64,000 nucleotides of DNA from the NCBI RefSeq assembly GCF_006345805.1, contig NC_042998.1:682001-746000 (forward strand), read 5' to 3'. Both the position numbers and the translations under genes were made by a program. The notes under the pieces were generated by a model. The model was not told the origin of the DNA and did not search any database. It saw nothing but the letters and a program-made list of their open reading frames with translations. Source of the stretch: Octopus sinensis. Lineage: Eukaryota. Shown here one piece after another: positions 38,580 to 51,240 of this stretch. The first letter of the stretch is position 1. Each line of letters starts with the position of its first letter.

Positions 38580-38900
38580 TTTATTGGTGGAACATTCCCA
38601 TCAAAACATCTACCAAATACAAACATAACAGGTCGGACATTGTTATTTAGGATTTACAAAAAAAAAGTAATGTCATAAAGGCCAGCTGCTCTACTGATGT
38701 GAATAACTCTTCGAAAATCAAAGAGAAGGATAATTGTAGACTATTGCTTCGAAGGTTCAGTTTCTATATCTAGATTATAAATTCATACATATACCAATAA
38801 TAATAGGTGTACTTGGTTTTTGCGAGTAAATACCTGACAATCTGCAAAAGCTGGGGTTTTTAGAAAGAGAACATAGTCTCTTAATACGCACATAACAAAT
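38580..38900 (+). mobile_element. Highly degenerate R4/Dong-like restriction-like endonuclease fragment
   Basis: LLWNIPIKTSTKYKHNRSDIVI and IPIIIGVLG resemble the WD...NRPD and IPiivGaLG motifs. Confidence 0.55.
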
Positions 38901-39427
38901 ACAATTTCTAAGCGGAAGGGTACAAGTAAGCAAGACTTTACTCGAGTTTAAAATGTGACATTTCTTTTTTACCTACATTCCAACGGTGGAGATTTTTATC
39001 TTTGTTAAAACCAGCTCCTTCCTCAGAAGAAAATTTCAAATAATCACAGATAGAATAGAACATATGTACAAACACGCATACGTGTGTTTAACACACACAC
39101 ACACACACACGTATATGTATATATAGACACGCACACACGCGCACATTCAAAGTATAGTGTGTGTATGTGAATCATTAAACGGAGATGCTCTCGTTCGTTT
39201 TCTATAAATATTCTTCCATTCATTCTGTGTCCAGAGTTTTCTTAAACTTTCTCTCATTTCACAGTAACGCAATTCTAGCATCCATTGAATATGTGTGTGT
39301 GTGTGTGTGGTGTGTGTGTGAGTGAGTGTGTGTGAGTGAGTGTGTGTATACATATGTTTGATATCATACATTCATGCTATAAATATATAGTACATATACA
39401 TATAAATAACGTATCTCCTATATGCAC

Positions 39428-39509
<82 letters not shown>

Positions 39510-40262
39510 ATATTCACCGCTCACACGCACGCACATGTATCTATATATGCACGCGTATATTATACTGATATGGTTATAGATATTGTTAGACACAATATTT
39601 ATTGAGTTTATGTGATATTTCCGAAAGTTCTCGTTTTAATCGCAGAACTGTCCTTTCTAATTACTTATGGGCCGATAGCAATAATATAAAACGAACGATT
39701 TATTAAAACTGATTTTTCCTCGAGAGAGCTAATGTCGCGGAGGTTAGGTCGATAATATTGTCAAACAAACAGTGAAGACAAGGGAAGATTGAAAGCAATG
39801 AGAGAGAGCAAGAGGAAGACGGTTGTGATGAGATGAGAGCGAGAAAGAGAGAGAGAGAGAAAGAACGAAAGAAAGAGAGAGAGAGAAAGAAAAGAGACTG
39901 AAATGAAAGAAAGAGAGATTTGAGAGAAGGAATTGGTTCAAGATAGAGAAGAGCAAGATAATACTATGGGAATTGAACTGAGGGAGAAGTCGAGTGATGG
40001 GAGATTTATATATGAATTGTCTTAGAGAGAGTGAAATAAAGGGAGGACACTCGGATGAATGAAAGGGAAAATGTGAGGGTGGTAGGGTGGTGCGGGTGAA
40101 GCAGGAGTAAGATAAGAGAGAATGAAAGGAGAGAGAGAGACAATAACTAAATGATAAATATTATAAAGACTATAAAGGCTGTGTCTATACATACATGCAT
40201 ACATACACTCACATACATACATATACACACACATATGTATATTTATATATATATATATATAT

Positions 40263-40293
<31 letters not shown>

Positions 40294-40760
40294 TATGTGT
40301 GACAAGGTATGTTTGTGTGTTACTCTATGAAAGGGATATGGATGATGGAAGTATGTGATGCAGAGAAGATAAATAGATTGATAGATGTTGTGTATATGTT
40401 TACGTGTGGATAAGTATGATAGGGGTTTGTTAAACAAAGGTGTCTGTCCTTTATTTGAGTTTGTGTGTTGGTGTCAGTGTGTGTATGTGTTAGAAAAGAA
40501 AGAAGGGTGGGAGTTGGAGAAATAAGGTGTAAAGATGAGATAGTAAATGCATATATTGTTAAAGATGAATAATATATGTGTGTGTGTGTGCGTGTGTTAA
40601 GGTATTACGGATAGAAAGAGAGAAAGTGTGTGTGTGTGAGAGAGAGAGAGAGAAAGAGACAAAGAAAGAGGGAGATAGAATTAGAGAGGGGCGAGATTGA
40701 GGGGGAGGGGCGAGAAGGAGCGGCTTAGAACAGAAAGGCGGCCTAAAAGAGATTACAGAC

Positions 40761-40807
<47 letters not shown>

Positions 40808-40808
40808 G

Positions 40809-40840
<32 letters not shown>

Positions 40841-40943
40841 GTATATATATATAAATATATGTATATATATATTGTATATATATATATATATATGTATATA
40901 TATTATATATATATTGTATATAATAATTATTATATATATTATG

Positions 40944-41006
<63 letters not shown>

Positions 41007-41007
<1 letters not shown>

Positions 41008-43041
41008 CTTTGATACTTTGATAGGTTTCGGCCATTATTGGCCCAGGCCATGTCTAACTTAATAGCACCACCTGGTGAAGTCTTTCAAGTCAGAATTTGG
41101 GCACTATGGCCCACTCAAGTAGAGAGTTATTGTTTACAGAGACATATCCGGGTGTAGGGGGTTTATCCGGGATTTCTTGAAGGAATCTGTCCAAAGACTT
41201 CTTGAACCCTATAGGGTCAGTTTCTGTTTTAATGTGTTTGGTGTAATGTTAAAGAGAGCGGGGCCAATTGAGGTGAAATAATTGTGCCGTATTGTTGTTA
41301 TGAGATGAGAGTGCGATTTTTGTTTTGGGCGGATGGCACGGGGCCCAAGCCTTGGATGTACCTTAAAGGTGATGCCAACATCATTTGGGCAATGCTGATG
41401 GAATATTTTCCACATCATGCAGATGATGTAGCGCTCACGACGACGTTGGAGAGAAGAGAGTTTTAGCTTTCTAGTCGACCCCAATAGTCGAGGCCTGTCA
41501 TGCCATCTATCTTTTTTGTGATTGCCTTTGAGGTGCTTCAACTTTTATGATACCTTGTATTGTGTGGGGAGACCACAGTGGACAACAGTATTCAAGGTGG
41601 GGTCGGGCAAAAGTGGAGAAGAGAAGGATAATGGTGTGGATATCTCTCGACTGGAAAGTTCTGAGAATCCAGGAACACATTCTGCGGGCCATGTCAACTT
41701 TGGTGTTTATATGAGTGGCCCAGCTTACGTTGTTGTCCACAATTACTCCCAAGTCTCTGATGTTGTTGGACGCCGCGAGAGTTTCACCTGAAGGAAGGGA
41801 GTATGGGAGTTTCAGGGCATCCTCTTTTCCAAAGTGGATTAGCTCAAATTTATCCTCGTTCAGCAGCATATTGTTTTTTTCTGCCCATTGGATAACAGCC
41901 AGTAGATCTGACTGAAGGCATGTCCGGTCACTCGCCTCATTTATGACCTTCTGTAGCTTGGAGTCATCTGCAAAGATTTTTATGTTGCTGTGCTTGATGA
42001 TGTCATTAATGTCATTAATGTAAATGATGAAAAGAAGTGGGCCCAGCACAGTGCCTTGCGGAACGCCACTACTGACTTTGGCTGGGCTTGATTTTACCCC
42101 TTCAACTACAACATGTTGAGATCTGTCTGTCAGGAAACACTTAATCCATTTCAGTAACTTTCCAGAGACACCAATGTTGGATAGTTTTTTCAATAGGATC
42201 TTGTGATCGACCCTGTCGAAGGCCTTACTGAAATCAAGGTAGATGACATCGGTGTTGGAGCCCTCTCCCAAAGCTCTCAAAATGTCCTCAAAGTGATGCA
42301 GGAGCTGCGTTAGGCAGTCCCTTCCATTACGGAACCATGTTGGTTGGAGATCAGCCGTCTGTTGCTTTCCAGAAATTGGGTTATTCGAGATCTCACCACC
42401 CTCTCAAATACCTTGATGATATGAGAGGTGAGTGAGATCGGACGGTAATTCACTGCAAGGGACTTGTTTCCCTTTTTGAAAACTGGGACAACAGACTGGG
42501 ACAGAAGGTTTTTTGGAATATAGCCAGCATCCAGTGAGTTTCTCCACAGATTAGCAAGGGGAGATGCAAGTTGGTGTCGACACACCTTCAGGACACAAGC
42601 AGGGAACCTATCGGGGCCTACTGCTGAATTGTGTTTTATTTCGTTTATCGCCGCTAAGACATCAGGGGCACTAAACGTTATGTCCGATATAGTGTGTTGG
42701 GGGTTGACATCACTGATACAGCCCAGATCGGCCATATCAGGATTGCTGAAAACAGAGCAGTATTGTTTCTGCAGTATCTCGGCCATGGATTTGGCATTAC
42801 CTTGGAGAGTGCCAGTTTCGTCAATTAGAGGGCCTACAGTGACCCTGCGTTTCCTCGCAAATGAAAAGAACACTTTGGGGTTGAGTTTGATTTTTTCAAT
42901 GGCCCACTTCTCCTCAGCTGATCTTTGGTTATTGATGAGGGTCTTCATGCATTGTTGGAGGTTATATTTTTTGGATTCAAGCAGTGCGATAGCCGTCGAA
43001 TGTGTGTGTTGCTGTTGGCAGTACTTTAGTTTGTTAATTTT
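41007..43041 (-). mobile_element. Young 5'-truncated CR1/L2-group LINE (RT domain and 3' end)
   Basis: NYRPISLTSHIIKVFERV, YLDFSKAFDRVDH, GVPQGTVLGPLLF, IFADDSKL and ARPHLEYCCPLWSP; tail (TATCAAAG)2 runs into (TA)n; single-base frameshifts. Confidence 0.92.
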
Positions 43042-43111
43042 TTTGAAGAGATACTTAAACGCTGTTTCTAACAGGTCAAGCGACAACTGCATAGAGGCTT
43101 AGTGAAAAGTC

Positions 43112-43204
<93 letters not shown>

Positions 43205-43689
43205 TTATATATATATATATTGTGTGTGTGTGTGTGTGTGTATGACTGAAATATGTTGTGGGAATTGTATGAAATGTGTGCGTCGGTTAGGCTTCCAAAT
43301 ATTCCTACAAAAACAGCTACAAAGAAAACCTCTACGTACGTACAGATCAAAAGAAAGAAGAGAAATAGATGTGTGCATGCATATTTGTGTGAGTGTGTGT
43401 GTGAGAGAGAGAAGAAGGGGTATAGAGGGGGAGGGTGCATGTAAAAGAGAAATTGTAAGCAGCTTTGTATGTTTGTGAATGTATACATGTGTGTAGTATA
43501 TTTATTATAATGTGATATATCAAGTATTATGGGCTGTTTTTATAGATACATTTATCGCTGTTGTTCTGAACAAACAACAGACATCTTTAATTCTGAAATT
43601 GTTTGTTATCTCAGACAAAAGAGAATATTCTGTCGCGAAAAGTTCGATGATTATCATGATAAAGCCTTAAGCAAATCGGTAAGACACGA

Positions 43690-44525
43690 AATATTGGTTT
43701 CAAATTCTGGTACAAGGCCTGCAAGTTCAGGAGAACGAGTAAGTCGATTTACATCGATCCCAAAAACAAGTTAAAAGCGAAGTAGCCCTCGGTTGAATTT
43801 GAACTGAGAACGTAGAGACGGACGAAATGCCGCAAAGTATTTTGCGCAGCGTGCTAACCATTCTGCCAGCTCGCCGCTTTTAAGGCTTAAGATATTAAGA
43901 CTTTTCACTAAGCCTCTATGCAGTTGTCGCTTGACCTGTTAGAAACAGCGTTTAAGTATCTCTTCAAATTGTTGGCAAAGTTGGCCTTGGCGGAAATTTG
44001 AACCGAGCACCTAAAGACGGACGAAACTCCGCCAACCATTTGCCTGGGGCGCTGACGATTCTTTCAGCTCGCAGCCTTTAAGGCACAAAGTATCGATTTC
44101 AAACTTTGGTACAAAGCCTGCAAGTTCAGGGAAGGGAGTAAATCGATTTACATCGATCCCAGTGCTCAGCTGGTAGTTATTTTGTCGACCCCGAAAGAAT
44201 GAAAGGCAAAGTAGCCCTCGACGGAATTTGAGCTCAGAACATAAAAACGGACGAAATGCTGTTAAGCATTTTTTCCGGCATGCTAACGATTCTTATTTCT
44301 TTACTGCCCACAGGGGCTAAACATAGAGGGGACAAACAAGGATAGACAAAGGGATTAAGTCGCATACATTGACTCCAGTGCGTAACTGGTACTTAATTTA
44401 TCGATCCCGAAAGGATGAAAGGCAAAGTCGACCTCGGCGGAATTTGAACTCAGAACGTGGCGGCAGACTAAATGTTACTAAACATTTCGCCTGGCGTGCT
44501 AACGTTTCTGCCAGCTCGCCGCCTT
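43690..44525 (-). mobile_element. Four adjacent same-orientation SINE family B copies
   Basis: Repeated GAATTTGAACTCAGAAC...CCAGCTCGCCGCCTTTAAGGC. Confidence 0.85.
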
Positions 44526-44899
44526 TAAGGCTTGAAGTATTAAAAATTTTTATAGGCAACGACAACAACGAAGCCTCTATGCAATTGTCGTTTGACTCGC
44601 TAGAAACAGCAACTAAGTATCACCTCAAATGTTGGTCTACCATTTTAAAAAAAGGGAATGGTATATTATATTTGATCTGTAGCATCTCTGGAAAACTGAA
44701 TGACCAAGACTGAAATGTCTTTGATCCCGGCTTTTCATAGCGAGGGCCAAAAGAAGAAGAACAACAACATACAGCAGCAGCAGCAGCATTAATATTAATA
44801 GCAGCAACAATTCTTATGAAAGTATGAGGCCTTATTTTATGACAAGGAAATAAAATGAGACTTTCAAGCTGTTAAGCGTATTATTGGCGTTTTATGAAA

Positions 44900-45220
44900 C
44901 GTCGATAAATGTATCTATGTATGTATGTATGAATGTATGTATGTATGTATGTATATATGTAAGTATGTATGTCTGTCTGTATGTATGTATGTATGTATGT
45001 ATGTATGCATGCATGTATGTATGTATGTATGTATGTATGTATGTATGTATGTATGTATGTATGTATGTATGCATGTATGCATGTATGAATGTATGTATGT
45101 ATGTATGTATATATGTAAGTATGTATGTCTGTCTGTATGTATGTATGTATGTATGTATGTATGTATGCATGCATGCATGTATATATGTAAGTATGTATGT
45201 ATATATTTATGTATATATGT
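44900..45220. repeat. (TATG)n microsatellite with a higher-order duplication
   Basis: Block GAATGTATG...GTAAGTATGTATGTCTGTCTG occurs at about 44931 and 45087. Confidence 0.9.
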
Positions 45221-45555
45221 CTGAAGGTCTCTCTTAATGCTACTGGTGACGTGTAAGGTTACCAGTGCCAGTGTTGCATCGTCGGGCCGTCGGCGTCTAA
45301 ATGGGCTGCGAAGCATGTTTGGTAAAAAATATAGTTTTCGTTGGACACCCAGTAGGACGAAAGACAAAACCTGCCAAATGTTATATAAATGATTTTATAT
45401 TTCTGATTTTTTCCATATTATTATTTTTGTTTTATACTAAATAAAGTAATTTTGACGCAAACATTCCTATATCAACTGCGGCGTGGAAGGTGTTTTTAAG
45501 CCATTTAAACACACACAAAAACTGTTAGATTCATTTCAACATTTAAATTTAATTT

Positions 45556-45600
45556 GTTAAAATATTTTCGTCGCTTTGAGACCACGACCTGTTCACTGAC
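45556..45600 (-). ncRNA. Candidate type-I hammerhead with a G3:C8 variant core
   Basis: GUCA GUGAACA G GUCG-UGGUCUCAAAG-CGAC GAAA AUAU U U UAAC. Confidence 0.5.
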
Positions 45601-45642
45601 GAAATTCCGTGCTGCACCTGAGAAAGTAACAGGTAGTTCATG

Positions 45643-45673
<31 letters not shown>

Positions 45674-46095
45674 TGTATGTATGTATGTATGTACTAATGC
45701 ATGTATGTGAGTATTTAGGTATTTAAGTGTGTAAACGTGCCTGTGTGTGTGCATATGTGTGTGTACATGTGAACATATGTTTATGATGTACTGATATGTG
45801 TGTCTGTTCAAGCTGTATATATGACTCTTACTCTGTCGAAGGTTGTATGTGTGTATGTGTCCCTCTCACCACCGTCTAACGGTGAATGGGTATAATGTCT
45901 TAGATATAAATATATGCAAATATAAACCTACCTATACATATGTATAAGCACACACAATCATATGAACACGTATACACACTCACATTTATACGTATAATCT
46001 TAAAGTATACACATATATAGGTTTATTTATCTACACATATATGTCACTATTTTCGCAGACAACGGTTAAAATTCAATTTTTTTCTTATTTATTAT

Positions 46096-46152
<57 letters not shown>

Positions 46153-48219
46153 CATATATGTGCATATATATATATGTATATACATATATGTGCATATATA
46201 TATATAATATATATATATATATATGTATAATATGTACATATATCTACAAACATACTAATACGTGCACGCATGTACGCAATCATACACACGCATATACTCA
46301 CACAGCACATACACACACACATACATGTACACATATGTACATATATATTAATCTATGTACACTCATACGATTATATATAACTACGTATATGTATTTCAGT
46401 ATCATGCATCTCAGCATGTATGTATGGATTTCTACATGTAAATGTGTTAAACAGGTGATTATCGATGGGTTCTCCCGAGTGGAATCTGTGTGTTACCTCA
46501 TTCTGACGTACAGTAGCGAAAGGGATTAAAGCCTTTGAATGGGAATTAGCGAGATTTGATCACGATCTGAATGTATCAAACCTTAAATTGGTCTGGTTGT
46601 AGGAAGGGCTAAAAATGTTAGGCGAAAATAGAGCTTTTGTTTTATTTTCCATTATTTTTATTAAAGGGACCGTAAATCAATTTTGAGGTCCGTATCGTTA
46701 ACACCTTACAAGCTATCAGGAAAAGGGCATTGCTGCTGACTCTTATTAGAGCCTTTCTAAATGATGGGCGGGGAAAAAAAAAGAGGAGACTGTCTTTCAC
46801 TAGTTACCTGGCTTGATGGCTTGTAGCCGTGTGGACACTTCCACTAAGGTATCCAAAGGCCAGGCTTCAAAGTAAATCTACTACCCATGTACGCTATGTC
46901 AGGATTTGAACACAGAATATAAGTAACGGGAACAAATGTCAGATGATATTCTATTTGACATTCCAGCATTCTGACAATTCATCGTGCCAGACAGTTATTT
47001 CATTATATTAACTCCCCGCTTCCACAGAAGGGTAAAAAGCAACGCTTATCTCGGTGGGATGCAAAATCAGAATGCAAAAGACGGAATAAATACCGCAATG
47101 GTTGGATCTCCCATTTTGAACAGGTCAAAGGATAGAACCCAGGCTAATATGGGCTACCTTCTCACACAAGTAAAAATGGGTTTTGCACAGGGCCAATACA
47201 TCTACCTAGAAGAAAAACAAAAGTGCAGCAATCTCCGACAGGACGGCTCCCGCCAAAAAGAACTACCTGTAGGCAGGATATTGAGGTAGAAAATGCATGA
47301 ATTCAGCTTGAGGGAAGCAGGAAAGGCAGTTCAGAGTCGAGAAGAGCGGCGGGAAGTCGATAGCCAACGCTTCAAAGGAAGCGAAGTCCTAAAGAGAAGA
47401 ATCCTTACAAGAACTTAAATAATCAAACAATTCTTTTGTTGACCTTAGTTTCTCATATTTCGGATTTTGATCTGTATGTGCATATGTTTTTACGAATATA
47501 TACGTTCACTCTAGTAAATGTAGATTCATGATTTCCTGACATGGTGTAGTTATCTTTAATATCATTGGATTAACGGTCAAGGTTACACATACATACATAC
47601 ATACATACATACATACATACATACATACAGCATTGCAGTCACGTGCATGCTGGTTGTCTGTCTGTTCTAAAAACATGGTTTGCTTTTGGACAGACCTTGT
47701 ACGTTTGATTGTAAGTATTGTGTTTGCATAAAAACTGGCATTTATGAAACGGTGCAAAGTGGGAACCAAGAATAGGTTTCATAGTCAGTTCGTTTGCAGC
47801 CACACGCAACCATCTGATGAAAGGAAACTCAGCGACACACTCTTAAAAAACACGTTCGCAATAGCACAAATATCGTTGCGAATATGTTGTTAAGAGTGTT
47901 TGTTTCCTTTTATGAAACACCATTTGAATGTAGAAACCTTGTCAGATGTTAATGTTTTTCTTTTTGGTAGTTGTTGTTCTTGTGGTCGTCGTCATCGCAG
48001 CTGTTGTTGTTGATGTTTTGCAAGTTTTATTAAGAAATTACATCTTGTTTACGAGATATTTTTGCGCATCGCCATAACATCTATGCTGTTGAGAAACAGA
48101 AATAATCCTAGATTAAATCATAAAAATGCTATATTGCCTGTCCCGTATGCTGTCAGTGTTCCTTATGCTATCGCTGTCGTTGCAGTAATACGTACTAACA
48201 GGAGCTGTCGTAGAAGTAC

Positions 48220-48224
<5 letters not shown>

Positions 48225-48269
<45 letters not shown>

Positions 48270-48410
48270 TCGTCATCATTACCACCACCTCACCTACCTT
48301 CATCTTCTCCCCTCTCCTCCTACCGTCCACCACCACCACCACCGCCACCACCACCACCACCACCACCACCACCACCACCACCACCACCATTACTACTACT
48401 ACTACTACCT
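48225..48410. repeat. Compound trinucleotide repeats (AGT)n, (ACC)n, (ACT)n
   Basis: Direct inspection. Confidence 0.95.
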
Positions 48411-48874
48411 CTTTTCCTCCTCTCCTCCACCGCCGCCGCATCCCCTCCTCCGCCTCTGCATCTCCTCCTCCCCTCTTCATGCCCTCCCCCTTTTTCTTCT
48501 TCTTCATCATACTCCCTTCTCACCTCACCTCTTCTTTTTTTCTCTTCAATATTGCACATTCTGCGTAAATTCTGTATGCAATGCTTATTGATTGCTATTA
48601 CAGACGGTGCTGAGAGGGAGATGAGCTAAACAAAACTACAAAACATCGTCGCTGTCAATTCTGAATGGTTGGGAAGAATACAGTTTAATTGAGAAGTGAA
48701 TAGAGACAGGAAAAGCAAAACGTGAAGCGCAGTTGATAGGTAATTGTCAACATTGAAAGTCGATGAGCGAGGACGAGTCTTGAACCATAACACCGCTACT
48801 TGTCCGTTCTGTTAGCTAGAAATAGCAACCAAATCTAAAAAAATCTTTATAGAGGCAGGAAAGATTGAATATAT

Positions 48875-49130
48875 TTGCTTTACTTAAACCCCTTGCTTTC
48901 TATGGAGTATCGACCATCGACGACTTTTCTCCACTGTTTTCGAAGCTGGGACTCTCTTTTCTGCTCCTTTCCAGTAGGATCCCTGCTTCTTCAGCTGTGC
49001 TTTAGTATTCCTCCTCCAGTTATTAATGAGGTGTCGGGTCTTGCAGCTTCTTTTCGGATTTGTTGTTATAGCTCTCAGGGTCATCATGGCACATATGCTA
49101 TCATATCGTAACAAGGACTGGACCTTGTAG
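48875..49130 (-). mobile_element. Degenerate RTE-clade LINE 3' end
   Basis: RAITTNPKRSCKTRHLINNWRRNTKAQLKKQGSYWKGAEK resembles the ALxWNPQGKRKRGRP..TWRR motif seen at 56710. Confidence 0.65.
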
Positions 49131-49259
49131 TGGACATTTTGGATACATGATTGAAAAAGAAAATTAGACAATCGTTCTCGCTCATTGGCTTTTTATCTTT
49201 GAGACAGGAGACAATGCAGTGTCCATAAAGACTTGCCTTTTAACAATCTGTGATAAAAA

Positions 49260-49500
49260 AAAATAGTAAATTTACCCCCTCGAGTCGGTTTCCCGGTTTC
49301 ATCGCGTAGAAATTCCCCCACTGGGACGGGACCCCGATCCGTCGCAGGATTACTCCTTTTTGCCAGCTGAGTGGACTGGAGCAACGAGAAATGAAGTGTT
49401 TTGCTCAAGAACACAACTTGTTGCCTGTCCAGGAATCGAAACCACAATCTTACGATCATGAGTCCAACACCCTAACAACCACTAAGCCACGTGGTTCCAC
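49260..49500 (-). mobile_element. tRNA-derived SINE family D
   Basis: Reverse complement GGCTTAGTGGTT...GGTTTCGATTCCTGG...TTGAGCAAAACACTTCATTTCTCGTTGCTCCAGTCCACTCAGCTG. Confidence 0.75.
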
Positions 49501-50084
49501 CTAATCTCCGATATTGGATGGAGGAAGAAAGTAGGTAACATCAAATCGAAGACCCAATTCTGACTTGTTGCAATAAAGTGGACAATGTTAGAAACTCAAG
49601 ATGTCAGGTAGAGATGTTAAAGAAGGTGACGGATTAAATTTACCACCTACGTAGGCTATGGGTGGATTTGAACTCGGAACGCAATGAGCTTGAACAAATA
49701 CCACAAGGCATTATGTTCGACATCCTTATAGTTTCACCAATCCAGTACCTTGGATAGATAGATATTTGTTTTGAATCGAGTTCATAACGATGATACCCAA
49801 AGTTAACTCAAGTGAGATTTGAACTCAGCTCGCAGAGAATCGGAAAAAATTACTGGTAGATATTCTATTCACTGCTCTTTTCTACCTATGCCAGACCAGG
49901 TCTGACCTGAGGCTAAAGGACAAAACTATCAGTTGTTATAGGAGAAGTTTACACCACCGCAAAATTCTAGGTCAAGAACAGTGAAAGCCGAAATAAAAAC
50001 TACATCTTTGTATCTCGGGAGGATAATCTTGCCAATAAATACACACACTGGTTCTATTTCATTTCTTTATTATTATTAGTCAAC

Positions 50085-50290
50085 TAGTTGGCAGAAACGT
50101 TAGCACGCTGGACAAAATGCTTGGCAGCTTTTCTCCCAGCTTTACGTTCTGAGTTCAAATTCCGCTGTGGTCGACTTTGCTTTTCATCTTTTCGGCGTCA
50201 ATAAAATAAGTTACATTTGAGTACTGGGATCGATGTAATTGACTAGCTCACTTACCAAGAATTTCCAGTCTGGTGCCTGAAGTAGAAAGG
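50085..50290 (+). mobile_element. SINE family B, degenerate
   Basis: GTTGGCAGAAACGTTAGCACG...GAGTTCAAATTCC. Confidence 0.75.
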
Positions 50291-50954
50291 ATAATTACTC
50301 AACTAGCTAACCAAGTGACTAATTAACTAATCGGATAAACCTAGCTAATTGATTGACCGAACGGCTAACGAAACAATCGATTAGTTAATTGGCTAATTGG
50401 TTGAATTGTTAACAAATTGACTAATTCGTGTATGTATTATTGGCATAATGAAACCCGTAGAATACAACAAAATCTGTTTCATATGATTCCTGAAAACCAA
50501 CTACAAAACGAAATACAACAGTCCAATGGTTCTATCTCAATATGCCATAACCGCTAGTTTTCAAATACTAACAATTAGGCCTCTTAGATAGTCATTTGAT
50601 TTATAGAAAAGTAAAAATGGAAAAAATCGACTCTCAAGCTTTGGCAAAGATTTCAGCTTATAGTATCTGTGTTCGGATGAAATTGCTGAGTTAAATAACC
50701 GGACTATGTTGGTTATTAGTCATACAAGCATTTCGCTGTGTCTCTGAAGTGTACATTACCTTCTTATAAGTTTCAGTTTACATACATGTCAAGGTACGAT
50801 GAAAGATATTCTGAGAATGTTGTTTGCGATAGATTAATATTCAATCCGTAATGAGACTTCTCTAATCCGAGTAACATGATTTACTGCGAATGTAAGTTGT
50901 GGATTTATCATTAGATTACGCGCCTGTATTGTAATCTATGTGTATTCATATATC

Positions 50955-51033
<79 letters not shown>

Positions 51034-51067
51034 GTATTTATATATATGTATATCTATCGATCTATCC

Positions 51068-51131
<64 letters not shown>

Positions 51132-51206
51132 GTCTGTCTGCCTGTCTATCTGTCTGTCTGGCTGTCTGTCTGTCTGCCTGTCTGTCTGTCTATCTGCCTG
51201 TCTGTT

Positions 51207-51240
<34 letters not shown>

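Noticed and set aside
46984-47420. 101-aa ORF and purine-rich downstream sequence
   Set aside because: No recognisable motif; possibly an old LINE remnant, but unsupported
48062-48568. Poly-Ser/Thr/Val/Gly ORFs
   Set aside because: Products of trinucleotide repeats
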